From an uncultured Clostridia bacterium (GTDB lineage: Bacteria; Bacillota; Clostridia; TANB77; CAG-508), in NCBI GenBank assembly GCA_947628215.1, contig CANQYZ010000009.1:2463-34462 (forward strand): a DNA stretch of 32,000 nt, written 5' to 3'. Positions 26,577-32,000 of the stretch are shown piece after piece. The notes beneath the pieces were generated by a model. That model worked only from the letters and a program-made list of their open reading frames with translations, was not told the DNA's origin and did no database searches. A program made the position numbers and the translations under genes. Each line of letters opens with the position of its first letter. Within the stretch, counting starts at the first letter, position 1.

Positions 26577-29500
26577 CTACATTAGTTTTTTCTTCTTATA
26601 TTCAATTAATATGATATTTGTTATTATAAGTATAAAGAATGGTAAGAAGAATACTATTAATACTTGAGCTTTTTCAAAATCTATACCAGTATATAATCCA
26701 ATAATTATTGTTGCTTCACTTTTATTATCGTCAAGTGTAACTTCTGGTGCATTTGATTCATTTTGTGTTTCTATTATCTCAGCTGTATTTACTTTTTCAC
26801 CAAAGTTTGCTTTTGATTTATCCCAGATTAATACTAAGAATAAATCTTGATAATCGCCGGGGTCTATAACTTCTGTTGTACATACTAGGTTGTCATTTTC
26901 ATCTTTAGTCCAATCAGAATTGTCACTAGATACTGAAAATCCTTTTGGCACAGTATCTTTTACTGTTACACTTCCTGGAATTAGACCAGTATTTGTTACC
27001 CTTAGACAATATACAACTTCAAGTTTTGAACTTTTAATAAGTTTTGATTTAATATCTACTTTAGTCATTTTCTCATCTGAAATCTTTTTATCACTATTAT
27101 TTACGCTTACACTTTGAATGGTTTTATCTAGTTTAAAGTTAAATGGCTTAGCTTCTGTAACAACTTCATTTGTATCTACACCATCAACTTTTGCAATATT
27201 GGTGATAGTAACAGTTTCTTGATCATCTTCTAAATGATTTACAGTAACTGTAAAGCTTAATACTGACTCTCCTGGAATTATACCATCTCTTGATGGTTTT
27301 CCTTCAGTAGAATCATCTGAAGAATCTTCTTTAGGATTTTCGGCAGGAGTATCAGATTCGCTATCAGAATTATTATCATCTGTTATTTCTCCTAGAAGAT
27401 CAGCCACCTCATTTTTATTTTCTGTTTCAGTATTATCTTTGCTTTCTGTTTCATTTTCTTTATTTGTTTCTTCAGTATCATTATCTGTTTCTGGTTTATT
27501 AGTTCCAGTTCCGCTTGTCTTAGTTTTTCCTTTAACTAATACTATAATACCATTTTTTAAATCTTCTTCTGTATACTTTTCATTTACTTCACCATTTATA
27601 GATATACTTCCTTCTACAAATGTAGTGCCTTCTGGTATATCGTCTTGTACTAAAACTTCTTTTTCAAGAGAACCATCGTTTTGAACAGTTATATCATAAG
27701 TAATAGTTTCATTTTCTGCTACATAGTCTTTACTATATTGAGTTTTAATACTCTTAAGTTCACTAATTACTGATTCTATATATACAAGAGATACTTCATT
27801 TGTGCTTACATCATCAACATATGCTGTATTTAAAATTGTATCTTCATCTGTCAAATCATTTACTGTAACATCAAATTTTAAAACTACAGTAGATTTTCCA
27901 GATGTAGATTCTTTCTTAGAAGGAATTAGAAGAGTAAGTCCTTTTTCTAATTCTTCTTTTGTATATTTAGTAGTTTCATCATTTACTTTTATACTACCTT
28001 CTACAAAAGTAGTTCCTTCTGGAATAGTATCTTTTACAACAACATTCTTTTCTAATGTACCACTGTTTTCTACTTTAATAGAATATGTAACTTTTTCATC
28101 CTTTACAACATAGTCATTATTAAACTCTGCTGAAACTTCTTTACTTTGACTAATAATTGGTTCTGAATAAATAGCTTTAACTTCATTAGTATCTGTTCCA
28201 TCAACATTTGCTTTATTTAAAATTTCTTTTTCATCATCTATATCATTTACTGTTACGTCAAATGAAAGACTTTGTTCAGAATGCTCTGGAATAAGTAAAT
28301 CTATACCAGATAATAATTCGTCTTTAGAATAAGATGAATTATCATCTTTTTTCAATTCTTCATTATTGTGTTTTATACTACCTTCTACGAAAGTAGTTCC
28401 TTCTGGAATAGTATCTTTTATAGGAACTATTTTTGAAATACTACCATCATTTTTTACTTTAATAGTATAAGTAATCTTTTCACCATTTACTACAAAGTCT
28501 TTTCCAAATTCAGTTTTAATTTCCTTAGAACTTGAAATGATAGGTTCATAATATACAGTTTTAACTTCATTAGTATCTATTCCATCAACATTTGCTTTAT
28601 TTATAATTTCATCTGTATCATTTATATCATTTGCAGTTACTTTAAAGCTTACAACAACTTTTGCTGCTCCTGATGAAGAAGTTTTTCTAGATGGGATTTT
28701 TACCTTTATACCATTTTTTAAATCTTCTTCAGAATAATCTTCACTTCCACCATCTACTTTTACACTACCTTCTACAAAAGTAGTTCCCTGAGGGACAGTA
28801 TCTTTTATAACAACAGTTTTTCCAAGAGTACCGGTATTTGTTACGACGATAGAGTAGGTTATTGTTTCATTAGTTATAACATAATCATGACTGTTTTCAG
28901 TGCTCATCTCTTTACTTTGACTGATAATTGGCTCTGAATATATTGTATCTACAGCATTTGTATCTTTTCCATCAACATTTGCTGTATTTGTTATTTTGGT
29001 TTCATCATCTAAATCATTAACTGTTACATCAAAAGTAAATTCTTTAGTAGTAAGAGCAGGGATTTCAGCTTGAAATCCTGTAGTTAAATCACTTTCTGTA
29101 ATAGCAGAACCATTTGTCTTTGATACAGCTTGACCATCAAGTTTTACACTATTTGGAACAAATGTTGTACCTTGTGGAATAGCATCTTTTATTACAACCG
29201 TTTTTCCTAAAGTACCATCATTTTTTACTGTGATTTTATAAGTAATCTTTTCACCATTTATAACATAATCTTCATCATGCTGAGTTGTCATACTTTTATT
29301 TTGACTAATAATTGGTTCTGAATATACAGTCTCTACTGTATTTGTATCTTTTCCGTCAACATTAGCTTTATTTGTAATTTTATCTTTATCAGTTATATCA
29401 TTTACTGTTACATCAAAAGTTATAGTTTGAGTAGAATTTTCTGGAATATTTATTGATAATCCGTTTGTTAAATCAGTAACAGTTGGTATTGATTTGTCAG

Positions 29501-31187
29501 TTTTTTGAACAGCTTGTCCATTTAATTTAATACTATTTGGAACAAATGTTGTACCTTGTGGAATAGTATCTTTGATTATTACTGTTTTAGCATATCCACC
29601 TTCATTTTTTACTGTGATTGTATAAGTAATTCTTTCACCTGCTACAACAAACGCTTTTTGGTTTTGTGTCGTCATAGCTTTAGTACTTGATATGATAGGT
29701 TCTACGTATTTTACTGAAATTTCACTAGAATCTTTTGTTGATTGTCTAGACGTTACAGTAGTGTCTGTTAAAGAAGCTTTATTTTTTATAGTTGCTCCAT
29801 TTTCCAAATCATTTACTTTAACCTTAAATGTTAAAGTAGCAGATTGATTAGGAGCTATATTACTTACTGTTATACCACTTGCTAATTGCTGTTGAGTGGA
29901 ATTATTAGCTGTGCCATTTACAGTTATACTATTTGGAACAAAAGTAGTTCCTGCAGGAATTGTATCTTTAAATAAAGCAGTTCCTGTTACTGTACCGGTA
30001 TTTTTTGCTGTAAGTGTATATGTGATTTCATTATTTACTGTTACATTTGAGTTCGGAGCAGGGGTAGACGTTTTCGTAATGTCTATTTTTACCCATTGAG
30101 CAGTGATTGTTTCGTCTTTTTCTTCTGATCCAAAAGTATAAGTTGCATCATCTGTTAATGAGGTCATCGTTCCTATTTCACTAGAACCAGGTTTATCCCA
30201 TTTTACGAAAGTATAACCAGGACGTGTTGGAAGAGGAATATGATGAGTGTCTTTATATACACCAGTTACTTCACTTGTCGTATTTTTACTTTCCCACGTA
30301 CCACCATTTGGATTTACATATAATTTATGTGGAATTATATTTATAATTGTTGCTGCAAAATTAGTTAAATTAAAATGACCAATTTGATAACAACTATGAG
30401 GATAATGAACTGTGAAGAATCCATATCCTTCACCTGTATTAGCATCATTTTCTACATTTATTATCTCATTTAAACCATTGTTATTTTTATTACTTGTTAT
30501 TTTTATAGAAGTAGAAGTAGAATCAATTGTTATGTTACCAGTTTTAGCAAGATTTAATTCTTTTACTAATGTTTTTGTTATATTATTATTGCTATTATTA
30601 TTTAATTGATAAGTAAATTTCCATATTGCGCCAAGATGATTATGCGCAGCTACATAATAATCTCTAGAAGTAGAAGAAGTTCCAGATTGATCATTATTAA
30701 AACTTAGCATATATCCGCTTAAGGTATTATCTGTTTTTTTAACTCTAAGCATAACTCCGGCTGCAATAAAGCTATCACCATAATCTATATCATAATCAAA
30801 AGAAAAAACTTGTTCTTGGGAAATATCTGGAATAATATAAATTGCATTTTTTCCGGCGTTTGATTGGTTACCAGTCATTTTAACAACTTTTCCTTGATCC
30901 TCAAATGTAATACTTCCGATTGAAGAACTTATATCCTGTTGCCAATTGAAAGAAGAAATAATATCAGTCTTTCCAAGTTTTTCATCATTATTATCAACTT
31001 TACTATTTGCATCAATTTCAGTGCTTTCACCGGTTAAAGTAGATGCTGAATATTTATCTTTGCCCTTACTAAAGAAAATCTTATCAGAAAATATAACTAG
31101 CATTGCTAGTGCACTAAATAAAATTAAGATTGTAGTAAGAATAAAGATAAACGAAATTACTTTATTGTTTCCGTTTTTTGTGTTCAT
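26577..31187 (-). CDS. Giant cell-surface protein (1536 aa). Domain order: N-terminal signal/anchor, lectin-like jelly-roll region, Listeria-Bacteroides (Flg_new) repeat, seven DUF11-type repeats, distinct C-terminal Ig-like domain, C-terminal TM helix plus KKKK tail.
   Basis: SD AGGAGA. GYTFVKWD identifies the Flg_new repeat. The repeated core ITYxIxVxNxG...V(V/I)KDTIPxGTTFV...NxAxVDG.DTN identifies DUF11. The C-terminus is VLIVFFLPFFILIITNIILIEYKKKKLM, with no LPXTG upstream. Confidence 0.9.
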   Translation of the reverse strand: MNTKNGNNKVISFIFILTTILILFSALAMLVIFSDKIFFSKGKDKYSASTLTGESTEIDANSKVDNNDEKLGKTDIISSFNWQQDISSSIGSITFEDQGKVVKMTGNQSNAGKNAIYIIPDISQEQVFSFDYDIDYGDSFIAAGVMLRVKKTDNTLSGYMLSFNNDQSGTSSTSRDYYVAAHNHLGAIWKFTYQLNNNSNNNITKTLVKELNLAKTGNITIDSTSTSIKITSNKNNNGLNEIINVENDANTGEGYGFFTVHYPHSCYQIGHFNLTNFAATIINIIPHKLYVNPNGGTWESKNTTSEVTGVYKDTHHIPLPTRPGYTFVKWDKPGSSEIGTMTSLTDDATYTFGSEEKDETITAQWVKIDITKTSTPAPNSNVTVNNEITYTLTAKNTGTVTGTALFKDTIPAGTTFVPNSITVNGTANNSTQQQLASGITVSNIAPNQSATLTFKVKVNDLENGATIKNKASLTDTTVTSRQSTKDSSEISVKYVEPIISSTKAMTTQNQKAFVVAGERITYTITVKNEGGYAKTVIIKDTIPQGTTFVPNSIKLNGQAVQKTDKSIPTVTDLTNGLSINIPENSTQTITFDVTVNDITDKDKITNKANVDGKDTNTVETVYSEPIISQNKSMTTQHDEDYVINGEKITYKITVKNDGTLGKTVVIKDAIPQGTTFVPNSVKLDGQAVSKTNGSAITESDLTTGFQAEIPALTTKEFTFDVTVNDLDDETKITNTANVDGKDTNAVDTIYSEPIISQSKEMSTENSHDYVITNETITYSIVVTNTGTLGKTVVIKDTVPQGTTFVEGSVKVDGGSEDYSEEDLKNGIKVKIPSRKTSSSGAAKVVVSFKVTANDINDTDEIINKANVDGIDTNEVKTVYYEPIISSSKEIKTEFGKDFVVNGEKITYTIKVKNDGSISKIVPIKDTIPEGTTFVEGSIKHNNEELKKDDNSSYSKDELLSGIDLLIPEHSEQSLSFDVTVNDIDDEKEILNKANVDGTDTNEVKAIYSEPIISQSKEVSAEFNNDYVVKDEKVTYSIKVENSGTLEKNVVVKDTIPEGTTFVEGSIKVNDETTKYTKEELEKGLTLLIPSKKESTSGKSTVVLKFDVTVNDLTDEDTILNTAYVDDVSTNEVSLVYIESVISELKSIKTQYSKDYVAENETITYDITVQNDGSLEKEVLVQDDIPEGTTFVEGSISINGEVNEKYTEEDLKNGIIVLVKGKTKTSGTGTNKPETDNDTEETNKENETESKDNTETENKNEVADLLGEITDDNNSDSESDTPAENPKEDSSDDSTEGKPSRDGIIPGESVLSFTVTVNHLEDDQETVTITNIAKVDGVDTNEVVTEAKPFNFKLDKTIQSVSVNNSDKKISDEKMTKVDIKSKLIKSSKLEVVYCLRVTNTGLIPGSVTVKDTVPKGFSVSSDNSDWTKDENDNLVCTTEVIDPGDYQDLFLVLIWDKSKANFGEKVNTAEIIETQNESNAPEVTLDDNKSEATIIIGLYTGIDFEKAQVLIVFFLPFFILIITNIILIEYKKKKLM
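27147..30086 (-). repeat. In-frame tandem coding repeats (7 units of 128-129 codons; the last is expanded to 210 codons)
   Basis: Unit starts, marking the EPIIS/ESVIS junctions, are at 29702, 29318, 28934, 28547, 28163 and 27776, with the first unit from about 30086. All are in frame with the ATG at 31187. Confidence 0.85.
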
Positions 31188-31640
31188 TTAAATCAAATCT
31201 CCTACTTATATAATTTTAAAATATTTTCATATATATAATAGAAATTAGAAAAAGAGAATTCAAGTAGAGCAAGGAATAAGTAGGTTTTAGTAGTTTCAAA
31301 GAAGTTACGGATTTATTTTCTTTTGAGATTTAAGAAAAAATATTATTTTTTTATTACATTTTTGAGCAAAATGCGGACACAGAAAGAGTTTTAAAAGATA
31401 ACTTGGCTAAAATGACAATAAAATTTTAAGAATGACAGAAATCCGTAAGAAATCAATGTGACAACATGCACTTTTTTATTGCTTTTTTTGTGAAAGTGTA
31501 ATAGAATAAAGGCACTGCGAGGAGAATTACGAAAAATAGTATCACAATATGTAAATAACTTTTTTATTTTAATACTAATAAACGACATACTTTTTAGCTT
31601 TTAAGTGGTATTAAATATAAAGAAGTATGAGGTGGTAAGG

Positions 31641-32000
31641 ATGTTTCTAAATATAGCTGAAAATATTATGCGAAAAAATAAGAATGATAAATTAAATAAT
31701 GAGAATACAAGTAATCAAAATAGATTATTACATGTTCAAAATATTATTATTTATGTAATAGCTTTTTTAGTATCTATGATGAACATAAAAGGGATGATTA
31801 CACCTTTTGCACTTTCAATATTTGTAGCATCATGTAATAGTAATGTCCCAGCAGGAATTGTTTTAATAGTTACTATTATAGGAAGTTTAATAGGATTTGG
31901 GATAGATTCTACTTTTACATATATATTAAATGTTTTAGTTTTTATGATTTCTATTTTAATATTTAAACCAGTAATACAAGATAATAGAAATGAAATGACA
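31641..32000 (+). CDS. spoIIE: Stage II sporulation protein E (PP2C phosphatase), N-terminal polytopic membrane region; continues past the window end
   Basis: ATG at 31641 with SD GAGGTGG. 120 codons are open to the window edge. A short polar leader is followed by successive hydrophobic helices (IIIYVIAFLVSMMNIKGMITPFALSIFVA...), as in SpoIIE N-termini. Confidence 0.65.
   Translation, partial: MFLNIAENIMRKNKNDKLNNENTSNQNRLLHVQNIIIYVIAFLVSMMNIKGMITPFALSIFVASCNSNVPAGIVLIVTIIGSLIGFGIDSTFTYILNVLVFMISILIFKPVIQDNRNEMT

Noticed and set aside
26890-31191. Plus-strand ORFs 26890..27117, 27439..27684, 27802..28113, 29896..30099, 30412..30609 and 30946..31191
   Set aside because: All lie antisense within the continuous 1536-codon surface-protein ORF. 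They are short, repeat-derived and lack SD sequences.
31188-31400. Possible c-di-GMP or other riboswitch in the 5' leader of the surface-protein gene, by analogy with clostridial adhesin genes
   Set aside because: Reading the minus-strand leader, I could not find the conserved GEMM-I/II cores or any other riboswitch motif I recognise. This would need a covariance-model scan to exclude fully.
31391-31588. 65-aa minus-strand ORF in the surface-protein/spoIIE intergenic region
   Set aside because: It has no SD, odd composition and no recognisable motif. The region is better explained as the divergent regulatory region.

Overview
Very AT-rich window from a low-GC, endospore-forming Firmicute (Clostridia-like). 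This is inferred from spoIIR, spoIIE, spmAB and abrB, and from origin-proximal synteny resembling B. subtilis (gyrA ... tadA-SRP RNA-dnaX-ybaB-recR ... abrB ... spoIIE). Well-supported core genes are gyrA, a DnaD-domain/DnaI-like loader pair, tRNA-Arg(CCU), tadA, a short SRP RNA, dnaX, ybaB, recR, an abrB-like gene, spmA/spmB, an MBL-fold hydrolase, murA, a 990-aa UDP-sugar pyrophosphorylase::phosphohexomutase fusion, a 1536-aa DUF11-repeat surface protein and the 5' end of spoIIE. Interleaved with these is a decaying type IV secretion (conjugation) module split into two convergent pieces: a VirB4-like ATPase plus ParA-like ATPase at 1-2146, and VirD4-, VirB2-, VirB6- and VirB3-like genes at 10247-13733. 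Three observations stand out. (1) A 2.66-kb ORF-free, almost pure A+T tract (2147-4803) consists of about 2.7 tandem copies of a ~0.97-kb degenerate unit, an architecture I do not recognise. (2) All three reading-frame breaks in the window (VirB4-like, VirD4-like, spoIIR) are +1 shifts at an in-frame CGG codon. By manual scan these are also the only in-frame CGG codons in the window. This could mean CGG-dependent +1 recoding or an unassigned CGG, or it could be a biased mutation or an assembly artefact. (3) Two T4SS ORFs keep strong Shine-Dalgarno sites at ideal spacing but carry ATA or ATC where ATG is expected. All coordinates and motifs were read by eye from the sequence. No database search was run, so family assignments rest on recognised motifs only.
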